A DNA stretch of 63,929 bases, counting the filler. It is 7 parts of 7 records of this genome, joined end to end, with 100 filler letters (N's around TTAATTAATTAA, not from the genome) between each part and the next. Parts side by side here need not be neighbours in the genome. Positions count along the whole stretch, not along the records: positions 1 to 6,351 come from SRR2962707_4201; positions 6,452 to 22,803 come from SRR2962707_4203; 5 more parts are not named here. One strand, written 5' to 3'. Positions 1 to 10,059 of the stretch are shown in pieces. The position numbers and the translations under genes are program-made. The notes beneath the pieces were generated by a model. That model was not told the DNA's origin and ran no database searches. It saw nothing but the letters and a program-made list of their open reading frames with translations. Position 1 is the stretch's first letter. The number at the start of each line of letters is the position of its first letter.

Positions 1-135
1 ATCCTCAAGCTTGTTCAGGCAGCATTTGCCGCAGCCGTCACACAGCGCCTCCCATTCTTCGGGCGACATCTGGGTCAGCTTCTTTTTTTCCCAGAAGCGT
101 TTCTTGAGGCCCTCGCGCGGGATCGGGTCGCTCAT
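1..135 (-). CDS. YcgN/UPF0260 family cysteine-cluster protein, N-terminal part (runs off the window start)
   Basis: Hand translation [45 protein letters not shown] contains the [13 protein letters not shown] signature. Its ATG overlaps the ribF stop (ATGA, 132-135). Not in the ORF track. Confidence 0.9.
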   Translation of the reverse strand, partial: MSDPIPREGLKKRFWEKKKLTQMSPEEWEALCDGCGKCCLNKLED

Positions 136-1064
136 AGTGCGCTCAGAATCTGGCGGGTGCGGGCAACGTCGGCGTCCATCTGGGTGATGAGGGCCGCGAG
201 GCTGTCGAACTTCTCTTCACCACGCAGGTATTCGACCAAGGCGACAGACAGGGTGGCGCCATAAAGATCGCCCTTGAAGTCGAGCAGGAAGGTTTCTAGG
301 TTCGCCTGGTTGGTGCCGAACATCGGGCGGACGCCAATGCTGGCCGCGCCCTGATAGCGGCCCTTGTGGGGGCCGTCCGTCACTTCGACCAGCACGGCAT
401 AAACGCCGAATTTGGGCGGGTGTAAGCCATCGATGCTCATGTTCGCGGTGGGATAGCCTAGTTCGCGGCCACGCTGTTCGCCGCCGATCACCACGCCTTC
501 GATGCGGTGCCAATGGCCCAGTTGTGCGGCGGCATCGCGCGGGCGGCCATCACCGAGCGCCGTTCGGATCGAGGTGGAACTGAACCGACCGGCGGTGTTT
601 TCGACCAGTTCGGCGATGCTGACGCCAAAACCCATGTCCGCGCCGAACCGTTCAAGATCAGCGGCGGTTCCTGCACGACCGTGGCCAAAGCAGAAATCGG
701 CGCCGACAACCACGTGGCGCAGGCCCAGCCCGTTGGCAAGCACCCTGCGGGCAAACGCCTCGGGGGTGAGCGCGGCAAGGGCGGCGTTGAAGTTCAATTC
801 ATAAAGTATGTCGACGCCCAGTTTGGTCAGGCGGGAGGCGCGGGCCGTGCGCCCCATGAGGCGAAAGGGTTCGGAAACGGGGCGAAAGAATTCGCGCGGA
901 TGGGGTTCAAATGTGACGACACCAAGGGGGGCGTCGGGCAGAGCCTGTTTGGCAAGGTCGATGACCGACTGATGCCCCAGATGAACACCGTCAAAGTTGC
1001 CGATGGCGGCGCTGGCACCCCGGTCACATGGTTCGACGAACTGATAATCCCGGATGATCCGCAT
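132..1064 (-). CDS. ribF: Bifunctional riboflavin kinase / FAD synthetase
   Basis: [35 protein letters not shown] and YLRGEEKF motifs; 310 aa. Confidence 0.97.
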   Translation of the reverse strand: MRIIRDYQFVEPCDRGASAAIGNFDGVHLGHQSVIDLAKQALPDAPLGVVTFEPHPREFFRPVSEPFRLMGRTARASRLTKLGVDILYELNFNAALAALTPEAFARRVLANGLGLRHVVVGADFCFGHGRAGTAADLERFGADMGFGVSIAELVENTAGRFSSTSIRTALGDGRPRDAAAQLGHWHRIEGVVIGGEQRGRELGYPTANMSIDGLHPPKFGVYAVLVEVTDGPHKGRYQGAASIGVRPMFGTNQANLETFLLDFKGDLYGATLSVALVEYLRGEEKFDSLAALITQMDADVARTRQILSAL

Positions 1065-1173
1065 GGGGGCGAGGGTTAGCCGGGCATCAGGGGCAGCGCA
1101 AGACGCTAAGCACAGGATTTGACGGCAGAGGCCGAGACTGCGCGCCTGCCTTTCGGATTTGGTTGATTTTGCG

Positions 1174-1629
1174 TCAGTCGAATTTGCGACTGGGGGCCAT
1201 CACCAGCGCTTCGCCGGTCAGGACCTTCTTGCCATCGACGGCACAGTGGCATTCCAGTTTGACACGGCGTTTGGCAAGGTCGATGGCGATCACCTTTACC
1301 TCTGCATAGACCGTGTCGCCGGGGCGGACGGGGGCCAGGAATTTCAACGTCTGGCCCATGTAGACCGTACCGTGGCCGGGCAGCTGTTCGCCGATCACTG
1401 CCGAAATGAGACCCGCGGTCAGCATGCCATGGGCGATGCGCCCCTCAAATATGGTGTCATTGGCATAGTCATCGTCGAGATGCACCGGATTGCGGTCTGT
1501 TGATACCTCGGCAAACAGTTCGATGTCGCGGTCTGTGATCTGTTTGCGCAGATGACGGGTCATTCCCATTTCGATATCTTCGATGCAGATCGTTCCGCGC
1601 GGCTGGTTGTCGAACATGTCAGGCTCCAT
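1174..1629 (-). CDS. MaoC family (R)-specific enoyl-CoA hydratase/dehydratase (start may be ATG 1617)
   Basis: DRNPVHLD hydratase motif, GRIAHGML, FLAPVRPGD hot-dog fold motifs. Confidence 0.92.
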   Translation of the reverse strand: MEPDMFDNQPRGTICIEDIEMGMTRHLRKQITDRDIELFAEVSTDRNPVHLDDDYANDTIFEGRIAHGMLTAGLISAVIGEQLPGHGTVYMGQTLKFLAPVRPGDTVYAEVKVIAIDLAKRRVKLECHCAVDGKKVLTGEALVMAPSRKFD

Positions 1630-1752
1630 CGCTCATCAGTCCGGTAATAAGTGGACGATTAATTCCCATTTTGAGGTAATTTAATTACTTCGCAGGTGCA
1701 GAAAATCAAGCGCTACCTTTCGTCCAATCGCCGAAACCGCGACCTTTGATGA

Positions 1753-2448
1753 TTATGCCGCAGGTGAAGCTGTATCTCTGCCTGCTTCCTGCTCTGCCCA
1801 GAGGCTGCGCAGCAACGCGCCCTGCCCGGTAAAACAGGCGTCCAGCACTGTGCAGGATTCGATCCGGTCGCATCGGAAATGTCGAAAGGTGGTGCGCAAT
1901 TCGCACCATGCGGCGAGCATTACGCATTCAATGTGATAATTCACCGCCAGGGGGCGGACGATGCGCCGCGTTTCGGCCCCTTCGCTGTCCTTGTAGATCA
2001 GTTCCAGCTTGCGCTCGGCGCGGATCGCGTCGCGCAGCAGTGCCTTGGACACGCAGCCAAGCGCCGGATCGTCGCGGGGCGCGCCCCAGGGGGACACGAC
2101 CAGCCAGTCCGATGGACCGTGCAGCGCCTTGACCTTTTCACTGACCCGTTGCGCGGCTTTTTCCAGCGACGTATCTCCGGTGCGGGCCAGCATCGCCAGA
2201 CCGACGCGCAGGGCCTCAATCTCTTCTGTGTCAAAGTTCAGCGGCGGCAGATCGTAGCCACGGCGCAGCACATAGCCAAGGCCAGACGCCCCTTCGACCG
2301 GCACGCGCATCCCCTGAAGCGAAGCCATGTCGCGATACACAGTACGTACCGATACCTCGAGCGTTTCGGCCAACCGTTCGGCCGTGAGCGGCGCGGTGGC
2401 GGCGCGCAGGATCTGGATCAATTCGAACAACCGGCTGGTGCGTTCCAT
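1753..2448 (-). CDS. YafY-family HTH + WYL domain transcriptional regulator
   Basis: N-terminal wHTH (LAETLEVSVRTVYRD, GLGYVL) and WYL region (Y...ETRRIVRP, AWCELR..FRHFRCDRI). Start taken at MERTSRL (ATG 2448). Confidence 0.9.
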   Translation of the reverse strand: MERTSRLFELIQILRAATAPLTAERLAETLEVSVRTVYRDMASLQGMRVPVEGASGLGYVLRRGYDLPPLNFDTEEIEALRVGLAMLARTGDTSLEKAAQRVSEKVKALHGPSDWLVVSPWGAPRDDPALGCVSKALLRDAIRAERKLELIYKDSEGAETRRIVRPLAVNYHIECVMLAAWCELRTTFRHFRCDRIESCTVLDACFTGQGALLRSLWAEQEAGRDTASPAA

Positions 2449-2490
2449 CGGTTCCCTCTCTGGCGTGGACTCCTGACGGTTTAGCATGCG

Positions 2491-2525
2491 CCCCTGACAG
2501 GGTGTGTCAGGGGGCTGCTGTCAGG
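2491..2525. promoter_or_regulatory. Inverted-repeat operator between the WYL gene and a divergent small ORF
   Basis: Perfect 9-bp arms CCCCTGACA-N5-TGTCAGGGG (2491-2513), with extra half-sites CCTGAC (2472) and TGTCAGG (2519-2525). Confidence 0.6.
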
Positions 2526-2558
2526 ATGGCATGGAAATCGGACAGATAGGAACCCACC

Positions 2559-2747
2559 ATGCACCGCCGTTCAGATCCTCAGCGCCTTGGCATTGGCCTG
2601 CTTAGCACGCCGCCCGGGGCAGACGCGCCGCCCCGTTTGGCGCCGCCACGTCTGGTGTCCGTGCGATTCAGTGAGGCCCTGCGCCGGATCGTTCAGCGCA
2701 GAAAACCGATGGCAAAGCCTGGCTGTATTGACGCACGGTCAAGATAA
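2559..2747 (+). CDS. Putative small Arg/Pro-rich protein (62 aa) divergent from the WYL regulator
   Basis: AGGA Shine-Dalgarno-like sequence just before the ATG, directly downstream of the operator. It overlaps the 3' end of the HAD gene by 55 nt, so it may be spurious or a remnant. Confidence 0.35.
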   Translation: MHRRSDPQRLGIGLLSTPPGADAPPRLAPPRLVSVRFSEALRRIVQRRKPMAKPGCIDARSR

Positions 2748-3565
2748 GCCTGCAAGGCATCGGGGTCGGGTTGATGCGTGGTTTTCGTCTCGGCCGCGGC
2801 AAGTCCACCGGTGATGAACAGCGAATCGATGTCTTCGCCCACGGCGCCCAGAATATCGGTATGGATGCCGTCGCCGATCGCAAGGATGTCGGTGGTGGCG
2901 ACTTCCCGACCGAGTTCTGCAAGGCGGCGACGCGCCAGATCGTAGATCGGCGGATGCGGTTTGCCGAAATAGAGGCTCTCTCCACCCATCTCGCTATAAA
3001 GCTGGGCCAGGGCCCCGGCGCACCATTCCCGGGTGTCGCCCCTGTCGACAACGATATCCGGATTGGCACAGAGCAGTTTTAGCCCCATCTGCTTGGCCAG
3101 CAGGAATTGCGGGCGATAGACGACGGGATCTGCATCGGGGTCTTCGGGTCCGCAGCAGACGATACCTTCTGCCTGATCCAGCGGCACCTGGGTAATTTCC
3201 ACCGGGTCAGTAATGACCTTGAGCGGTGAAAAGAAACCCTGTTCGTGCGGCTGCCCGATGTACCAGATCTTTTTGCCGATCACGCCTTCGAACATCGCAG
3301 CACGAGCAGAATCGCCGCTTGTCGCGATGCTGTCCCAGGCGTCGGTGGGCACGCCGAATTTCGCGATCTGTTTTTCCACATTGGCGCGAGGCTGGGGCGA
3401 ATTGGTGACCAGAATGACCGTCCCGCCGCGCTTGCGATAGGCCTGAAGCGCGGCACACGCCGACGGAATGGCCCGAACCCCGTCATGCACGCAACCCCAT
3501 AGGTCAACGAAAAGAGCATCATAGCTGTCGGAAATTTCGGCAAGGGATTCAATCAGGTGCGTCAT
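2693..3565 (-). CDS. HAD-IIA hydrolase, TIGR01459 family
   Basis: DLWGCVHDG motif I, VTNS, CANPD, GKPHPPIY and IGDGIHTDILG. Confidence 0.92.
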   Translation of the reverse strand: MTHLIESLAEISDSYDALFVDLWGCVHDGVRAIPSACAALQAYRKRGGTVILVTNSPQPRANVEKQIAKFGVPTDAWDSIATSGDSARAAMFEGVIGKKIWYIGQPHEQGFFSPLKVITDPVEITQVPLDQAEGIVCCGPEDPDADPVVYRPQFLLAKQMGLKLLCANPDIVVDRGDTREWCAGALAQLYSEMGGESLYFGKPHPPIYDLARRRLAELGREVATTDILAIGDGIHTDILGAVGEDIDSLFITGGLAAAETKTTHQPDPDALQAYLDRASIQPGFAIGFLR

Positions 3566-3725
3566 GGCTGAGGCTTTCGGTTTGCTATGGATATGAGGGA
3601 CATATGCCCCGTCAGGGTCAGCTTGGCCACAACGAGTTTGACAGGGGGCTATGTCAATTCTCTAATCTTCATCCGAAAATAACCGCTTTTGGTCATTCTT
3701 CCGCCAGGCCGAGAGGAAGACTTTT

Positions 3726-4235
3726 ATGAGTGATTCCGAGAACAAATTTTCAGACTCGCAGGATACGCGTGACTTTGAGATATTTTTTCGAACTTCATTT
3801 CGGAGACTGGCAAGTGTTGTGGAAAAACCTGTCGAAACACAACCGGCCGAAGGTTTCATCGCGCTGGTCGTTGGCAGTTCGGGTCAAGTCACGCGGCATG
3901 AATACTGTAACACAGCAGGGCAGGCGAAATTCGATGTTCGCAAGATTACGGTCGCTTTTACAGACCTCAAAAGTAGGGCCACCGGTAGAGTTTCGGGCGA
4001 AAGCTGTGGGGAAAGCAGGTCTGTTCAGTCCAAAATGAACCGCCCGTTCGGTAGACGCGTCGGGTGCCGTCAGTCAATTTGTACGATGCCGCTAAATTTA
4101 ATCGGCCGGATTTCTGCCGATAACCTAGGATACGCAAATGTCGAGTTACCGGAAACAATTGCGCAGGGTGACGCCGGTTGCCAGGGTATCAATCGGCGCG
4201 AAAAGAGTGATGCTGGCCGCGCCTGCCTTGGGTGA
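3726..4235 (+). CDS. Hypothetical protein upstream of the kinase (uncertain)
   Basis: GAGAGGA Shine-Dalgarno-like sequence before the ATG. No recognisable motif, and it overlaps the kinase ORF. Confidence 0.3.
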   Translation: MSDSENKFSDSQDTRDFEIFFRTSFRRLASVVEKPVETQPAEGFIALVVGSSGQVTRHEYCNTAGQAKFDVRKITVAFTDLKSRATGRVSGESCGESRSVQSKMNRPFGRRVGCRQSICTMPLNLIGRISADNLGYANVELPETIAQGDAGCQGINRREKSDAGRACLG

Positions 4236-5364
4236 CAAATCTGCGCTTCTCGAGGGTGTCTTTGACGCTTTGCGTGGCTGTGCTTTGATCGTCGATCCGG
4301 ATGGCAAGATACTGGCCATGAATTCGATGCTCAAATCGCGTATCGCACGTCATCTGGTGGATGGCCCTGCCGTGGTTGAATTTCTGGAAGATGTCTTTTG
4401 CGGAACGCGTGAACATCTGGCATCCGATATTCAATCGGCCATCGCTGCGCGGAGGGTCTCCTTTGAATTGGCGGGCGGCAGCGCGGAGCAGCGCGAAAAG
4501 ATCGGGTTTCAGGTTTCAGCGATTCCGGACAGCACAGGCGGCAAAAATCAATTTCTTCTGGTCGAGGCGAACCTGGGTCAGTTCAGCGAAAAGTTCATGT
4601 ACCTTAATCGTCAGCTGATAACTGCAAACCGAAAGGCGACCTTGCAGCGCAGGAATTTTGAAGCGCTTGAAAACAGCTATCAGGAACTTGAGCGTTTCAG
4701 CTATTTCGCGGCACATGATTTGCAGGCACCGCTACGCAGTATTTCCAACTGGCTTCGCTTTTTGTCCGAGGATTATAGCGAAAACCTTCCGGCAGAGGCG
4801 CTGGAATATCTGACAGCGGCGGAGAGTTCGGCGGGAAAGCTGGGATGCCTTATCGACGCGCTTCTGACCCTGGCGCGTTCGGACACGGTTGAGATTGAAA
4901 AAACGGATATCCGCGTTTCCGACATCCTGGGCACTCTTAGCGAGTCCCTGAAGGGGCAGATGAAACTGGCCGGGGGATGTATCGAGCCGGAAGAAAACCT
5001 TGGTACTGTTCAGGCGGATGAGTCGCTGTTTCGACTGTTGATTGAAAATATTGTCAGCAATGCCATCAAGTACAAATCCCCTGATCGTGCGCCGGTTGTC
5101 CACATTCGGCGAGTCGTTGCGGAAACCGGGTCAGAAATCCACATCGTCGATAATGGTATCGGTTTCGAAAATCGTTGCCGGGATCAAATATTTCAACCGT
5201 TTAAACGACTTGCGACCACCACCGATGTCCCGGGCAGCGGGGTCGGCCTCGCGATCTGTACGCGCATCTGCGAGCGTCATCATTGGCAATTGTCGGCAGA
5301 CGGGACCCCCGGGCAAGGTGCGACGTTTCGGATCATACAACCCGGCCATCAAGGCCGGGAATGA
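4138..5364 (+). CDS. Cytoplasmic PAS-like sensor histidine kinase (HisKA + HATPase); true start may be near 4207-4210
   Basis: H-box FAAHDLQAPLRSI, N-box NIVSNAIKY, G1 DNGIGF, F-box IFQPFKRL, G2 GSGVGLAIC. N-terminal LIVDPDGKILAMN is PAS-like. No obvious TM helix. Confidence 0.9.
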   Translation: MSSYRKQLRRVTPVARVSIGAKRVMLAAPALGDKSALLEGVFDALRGCALIVDPDGKILAMNSMLKSRIARHLVDGPAVVEFLEDVFCGTREHLASDIQSAIAARRVSFELAGGSAEQREKIGFQVSAIPDSTGGKNQFLLVEANLGQFSEKFMYLNRQLITANRKATLQRRNFEALENSYQELERFSYFAAHDLQAPLRSISNWLRFLSEDYSENLPAEALEYLTAAESSAGKLGCLIDALLTLARSDTVEIEKTDIRVSDILGTLSESLKGQMKLAGGCIEPEENLGTVQADESLFRLLIENIVSNAIKYKSPDRAPVVHIRRVVAETGSEIHIVDNGIGFENRCRDQIFQPFKRLATTTDVPGSGVGLAICTRICERHHWQLSADGTPGQGATFRIIQPGHQGRE

Positions 5365-5468
5365 GCGTGGCACGGGCAATTCGGTGCGGCGACAAGGATC
5401 ATCGTTGCGGGGCCGCGTGACACGGGTGGCCAGAGCCGCCCATGTCCGTGCCGCGTTGGCCAGGCGTT

Positions 5469-6351
5469 TCAGACCTTGAGGACGGGGATGATCTGTTTCT
5501 TCCGACTCATCACACCAGGAAGAACGACTGTGTTGCCGCTGACCGTGACGCCAAAACTTTTCTCAGCCAGGGTTTTCACAAGATCATTGGGGACCAGAAG
5601 CGTTGCTTCTTCGTTGAGGATATCCACTACGAAAAGCAGTACCTGATCGGCGCCGTCTTCATCGGCGACGTCAATCATCGCAGCCATCAGGCTATCCTTG
5701 CGGTCAAGGATCGTCTTGGGCGACGTGGTTTCGAGCACGGAGACGCGGAATTCCTTGCCATCCACGGTATATTCCTTGGAATCCATCCGTAGCAGTTCGG
5801 CATCGGAAAAGGATGATACGTCAGATTTGGCGGCGAACATTTCAGCGGCAAAGGCCGGCATGTCGATGCCAAGGTCGGTCGCGAGAGCGATGGCAATGGC
5901 CCGGTCTTCGTCTGTGGTGGTGGGGCTGCGGAATTCCAGCGTGTCCGACAGGATGCAGGTCAGGATCGCGCCTTTGATGCCACGGGATGCCTGTGTCAGG
6001 TCCTTGCCTATCATCTTGTGCAGGATCGTGGCGGTGCAGGCCAAGGGTTCCATACGGATCTCGATCGGGCCCTTGGTTTCCAGCCCGCCGACCAGCTTGT
6101 GATGGTCGATGATGCCGCGAATGTCGGCTTTGTTGATGCCGTCGGGCAATTCTGCGGGATTGTTGGTGTCGACGATGAATACCGGAGCGCCTTCGGCCAC
6201 ATCTGTGATGATCTCCGGCTTATCGAGGTTCCAATAGGTCAGCATGAAGGCCGCTTCTGTGTTCGGCTCACCCAGCAGGACGGGTTTGGCCGCTTCGCCA
6301 CGAATCTGGCTGAGGTACCAGGCCCAGATGATCGGGCTGCCGGTGCTGTCG
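5469..6351 (-). CDS. ppaC: Manganese-dependent inorganic pyrophosphatase (family II, DHH), 5' end truncated by contig edge
   Basis: The frame reads DSTGSPIIWAWYL... from the contig edge; IIDHH, ILSDTL and GVMSRKKQ motifs. Confidence 0.95.
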
Positions 6352-6451
6352 NNNNNNNNNNNNNNNNNNNNNNNNNNNNNNNNNNNNNNNNNNNNTTAAT
6401 TAATTAANNNNNNNNNNNNNNNNNNNNNNNNNNNNNNNNNNNNNNNNNNNN
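6352..6451. other. Artificial contig linker (44 N + TTAATTAATTAA + 44 N)
   Basis: The same 100-nt structure occurs six times, and genes on its flanks are truncated. Confidence 0.98.
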
Positions 6452-7940
6452 TGCCCTGGCGATGGTCCCGGAAGCCGTGGCCTTTTCCTTCGTCGCGGGC
6501 GTGCATCCGCTCGTCGGGCTGTATGCGGCATTTATCGTCGGCCTCGTGACCGCCCTGATCGGCGGCAGACCGGGCATGATCTCGGGCGCAACCGGCGCCC
6601 TCGCCGTCGTCATGGTCGCTCTCGTTGCCGCACATGGCGTCGAATACCTGTTCGCGACCGTGGTGCTGATGGGTGTGATGCAGATACTGGCCGGGGTGTT
6701 TCATCTCGGGAAATTCATTCGTCTTGTCCCCCACCCTGTGATGCTGGGATTCGTTAACGGCCTCGCCATCATCATTTTTCTGGCGCAGATGTCACAGTTT
6801 CAGGTCATGGACCCTGACGAGGGGCTGGTCTGGATGACCGGCATCCCGCTGGCGAAAATGCTCGGCCTTGTGGCACTGACCATGGCCATCATCTGGCTGA
6901 TGCCGAAAATCACCACCGCAATTCCGGCCCCGCTGGCGGCCATTGGCGTGGTCGCTGGGATCGTCATTGCGTTCGGTATCGACGTGCCCCGGGTCGGTGA
7001 TCTGGCTTCGATCGAAGGCGGTCTGCCGTCCTTTCATATTCCGATGGTGCCGCTGACGCTGGACACGCTTGAAATCATCTTGCCGTATGCGCTGATCCTG
7101 TCCGCCATCGGCCTGATCGAAAGTCTGCTGACGCTCAACCTGGTCGGCGAGATCGTCAACAAGCGCGGCGGGGCGTCACAGGAATGCATTGCCCAGGGCG
7201 TGGCCAACACCCTGACCGGATTTTTCGGCGGCATGGGGGGCTGCGCGATGATCGGCCAATCGATCATCAACGTGAAATCCGGCGGCCGTCATCGTCTTTC
7301 GGGACTTTCCGCCGCCCTGTTCCTGCTGGCGTTCATTCTGGTGGCGTCGAGCATGATTGAACAGATACCGCTGGCTGCTCTCGTCGGCGTCATGTTCATG
7401 GTCGTGATCGGCACCTTCGCCTGGCAGAGCATTACCATTCTTCGCAAAATCCCTCTGACCGACGCCTTCGTGATGTTGCTGGTCACCGCCGTTACGGTGA
7501 TGAGCGACCTTGCCGTCGCCGTCGTTGTCGGCGTGATCGTCTCTGCTCTGGCCTATGCCTGGAACAACTCGAAGCGCATCCATGCCCGCATTCACACAAC
7601 CCCGGAAGGCGCCAAGGTCTATCGCATCGACGGCCCGCTGTTCTTCGGCTCAGTCGACGGATTTGCCGAACTGTTCACGCCGGCGTCCGATCCGGGTCTG
7701 GTCATCGTCGACTTCATGGACAGCCGCGTGGTCGATCAGTCCGCTCTGCAGGCCATCGAAACCATGGCCATGAAGTACGAAACGCATGGCAAGTCGCTGC
7801 AACTTCGGCACCTGTCACAGGATTGCCACCGCCTGCTGAATCGCGCAGGTCAGTTGATGGTCGATTCAGATGATGACCCGAGCTATGGGTTAGCCGTGGA
7901 TTATGACGTGAAAACCGGAAATTTCGGCGGCGGTCACTAA
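6452..7940 (+). CDS. SulP/SLC26 family anion transporter with C-terminal STAS domain, 5' truncated
   Basis: PEAVAFS, GLYAAF, GGRPGMISGATGA, GGMGGCAMIGQS and STAS motif DGPLFFGS. Confidence 0.93.
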
Positions 7941-7945
7941 GACGT

Positions 7946-9481
7946 TTAAGCCGCTTTTCTCCTGGGGCTGCTGACGAACAGGATAAGCGGAATAGCCAGC
8001 GCCGATGCCATCGTATAGAGCCCGAAGGTATTCAGATAGCTGATCATCGATGCCTGATGGACAATCTCCTGCGAGAGCTGCGCCAGGCCGGTGACGCTGT
8101 CGATATCCCGCTGACCCATCGCCCATGGCATATCAAGGACCGGATTGAAGCGCGTGATGTGCTCCGTCATGTATTCGTAGTTGGTCGCCGCAGAGCGCAC
8201 CAGTTCCGTCACGCTCATGGATATAAAGAAACTCGATCCGATGTTTCTCAGCAGATGATACACCGAGGCGGTCTCGTCGAGATATTTGGAATCAAGGGTT
8301 GAGAACGTCACCACGGTCAGCGGCACCCAGATCGTTCCCACCGCGAACCCCTGCACGATACCATTCAGAACGAATTCCATCGGCGTCGTATTCAGATTGA
8401 CCGTCATCAGCCACAACCCGGCGATGACTTGAAACGAAAACCCCATGCAAATCGACTGGCGGGGATATTTCTGCCCGATAAAGCTGGCTACGAAGAACGC
8501 CGTCATGGCTCCGATCCCGCGTGACCCGACAACGTAGCCGATCAGGGAATCCGGCAGCCCCACGTGTTCGCGCAACAATCCCGGCAGAATCACCATCGGC
8601 GTGAAATTCAGCATGCCGTAGATGGTGACGAGTATCAGTCCGATGGAATAATTCCGGTTCAGCAACAGTTTCAGATTCAAGAACGGTTTGTCATGCGTCA
8701 GGCTATGCGCCACGAACAGATAGAACGCGAGCGCCCCGACAAAGACCTCGATCATGATTTCCGGGGACTGGAACCAGTCCAACCGCTGTCCCCGCGAGAG
8801 TGCAAGCTGAATGCTGGCGATTGAGATCGTCAGCAGCAGAAACCCCGTCCACTCCAGCTTCGCTTTGACCTGCCGGTGCGTTCTGGGCAGAACCAACATC
8901 ACGCCGATCGACGACAAGGCTGCCAGCGGGAACATCAGATAGAACGCGTAGCGCCAGGTATAGGTCTCGGCCATGACGCCGCCGATCATCGGGCCGGCGA
9001 ACCCGCCCATCACGACACCGACCCCATAAAGTCCGACGACCATGCCGTGCTGATGCTTTGGGAAGATGTCCATCATCACCGACTGACCGACAGGCGGCAA
9101 CGGCGCCCCCGCAGCACCCTGAACGATCCGCCAGAAGATCAGCGCTTCAAGAGAATTCGCGGCGCCACAGAAATACGTTGAGACGGCAAATATCGCGACA
9201 CTGCCCGCCAGCAGGTTCCGCCGTCCGAACCGGGCCGAAAGCCAGCCCGTCAGCGGCGTGGCCACCGCCGTTGCCAGAATGTTGAACGTCATCGTCCAGG
9301 AAATTTCGTCCGGCGTTGCCGACATCGCCCCCTGCAACTGCGGCAGAACGGCGGCGACGATCAGGATCGATGTGCTGTACAGCGTCACACTCAACACCAC
9401 CACGGCAAGGATGACGTACCTGCGCATGGGAGAGATGTCCGGCGGCGCCCCGGCGGGATTCGTGGTGGCGTCGACAGCCAT
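7946..9481 (-). CDS. DHA2 (EmrB/QacA) family MFS efflux permease
   Basis: Multiple TM helices; GWLSARFGRRNL, WRIVQGAAG, GPMIGG, LLRNIGSSF. Start taken at MAVDATT. Confidence 0.9.
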   Translation of the reverse strand: MAVDATTNPAGAPPDISPMRRYVILAVVVLSVTLYSTSILIVAAVLPQLQGAMSATPDEISWTMTFNILATAVATPLTGWLSARFGRRNLLAGSVAIFAVSTYFCGAANSLEALIFWRIVQGAAGAPLPPVGQSVMMDIFPKHQHGMVVGLYGVGVVMGGFAGPMIGGVMAETYTWRYAFYLMFPLAALSSIGVMLVLPRTHRQVKAKLEWTGFLLLTISIASIQLALSRGQRLDWFQSPEIMIEVFVGALAFYLFVAHSLTHDKPFLNLKLLLNRNYSIGLILVTIYGMLNFTPMVILPGLLREHVGLPDSLIGYVVGSRGIGAMTAFFVASFIGQKYPRQSICMGFSFQVIAGLWLMTVNLNTTPMEFVLNGIVQGFAVGTIWVPLTVVTFSTLDSKYLDETASVYHLLRNIGSSFFISMSVTELVRSAATNYEYMTEHITRFNPVLDMPWAMGQRDIDSVTGLAQLSQEIVHQASMISYLNTFGLYTMASALAIPLILFVSSPRRKAA

Positions 9482-9498
9482 GAAAAAAAGTAACCCTA

Positions 9499-9538
9499 TT
9501 GACAGTAAGGACTGCAATAGTAACAATGCTTACTATTG
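9499..9538 (+). promoter_or_regulatory. Sigma70-like promoter overlapped by a putative MarR operator
   Basis: TTGACA (9499-9504), 17 nt, then AACAAT. Perfect inverted repeat CAATAGTAA-N6-TTACTATTG at 9515-9538, between the divergent emrB-like and marR genes. Confidence 0.7.
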
Positions 9539-9558
9539 TTGGCGAGGATTTTTCATTC

Positions 9559-10059
9559 GTGAGTAAAACCGAATTGATGCCCGTTACCGAGGCACGCTAT
9601 CTGGCGTTCCTCCTTATGGAAGCCGCGCGGCTGCAACGCACCGTGTTCGACCGGCGCGTGCGCAAGATCGGTTTTACCCGGACGCAGTGGATGGTTCTGC
9701 GGCGTGTCGGTGACCAGCCCGGCGTCAACCAGTCGGAACTGGCCGAACTGCTGGAAGTCGAAAAAGCCACCGCCGGGCGCACCATCGACAAGCTTGAAGC
9801 TTTCGGCTGGCTGGAACGCCGGATGGATGAATCCGACCGACGCGTCAAAAGAGTTTATCTGACCGAACTTGGCCGCCGTATCCATCGGGACATCACGCCC
9901 ATCGCCGAATCAATGGTGGAAGAAGAACTTGCCGGTCTGACCCCAAAGGACCGTGAAAAACTGACCGACCTGCTGCTGACCGTGAAACAGCGTCTTCAGG
10001 ATATGGCGCAGGAAAACGATCTGATCGACTCACATGAGCTTGAGAAAGAAAATGCCTGA
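9559..10059 (+). CDS. MarR/SlyA family transcriptional regulator
   Basis: TRTQWMVL, QSELAELLEVEKAT and DRRVKRVYLT. GTG start follows a GAGGA RBS. Confidence 0.92.
   Translation: MSKTELMPVTEARYLAFLLMEAARLQRTVFDRRVRKIGFTRTQWMVLRRVGDQPGVNQSELAELLEVEKATAGRTIDKLEAFGWLERRMDESDRRVKRVYLTELGRRIHRDITPIAESMVEEELAGLTPKDREKLTDLLLTVKQRLQDMAQENDLIDSHELEKENA

Noticed and set aside
1753..2448. WYL protein as a marker of a phage-defence island
   Set aside because: It is a short YafY-type protein in a housekeeping context, with no defence, CRISPR or mobile genes nearby.
6396..6407. Recurring TTAATTAATTAA as a biological repeat or CRISPR-like element
   Set aside because: It is always centred in exactly 88 Ns and gives stops in all frames, so it is an assembly linker. 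The TTAATTAA near 49340 is an unrelated chance octamer.
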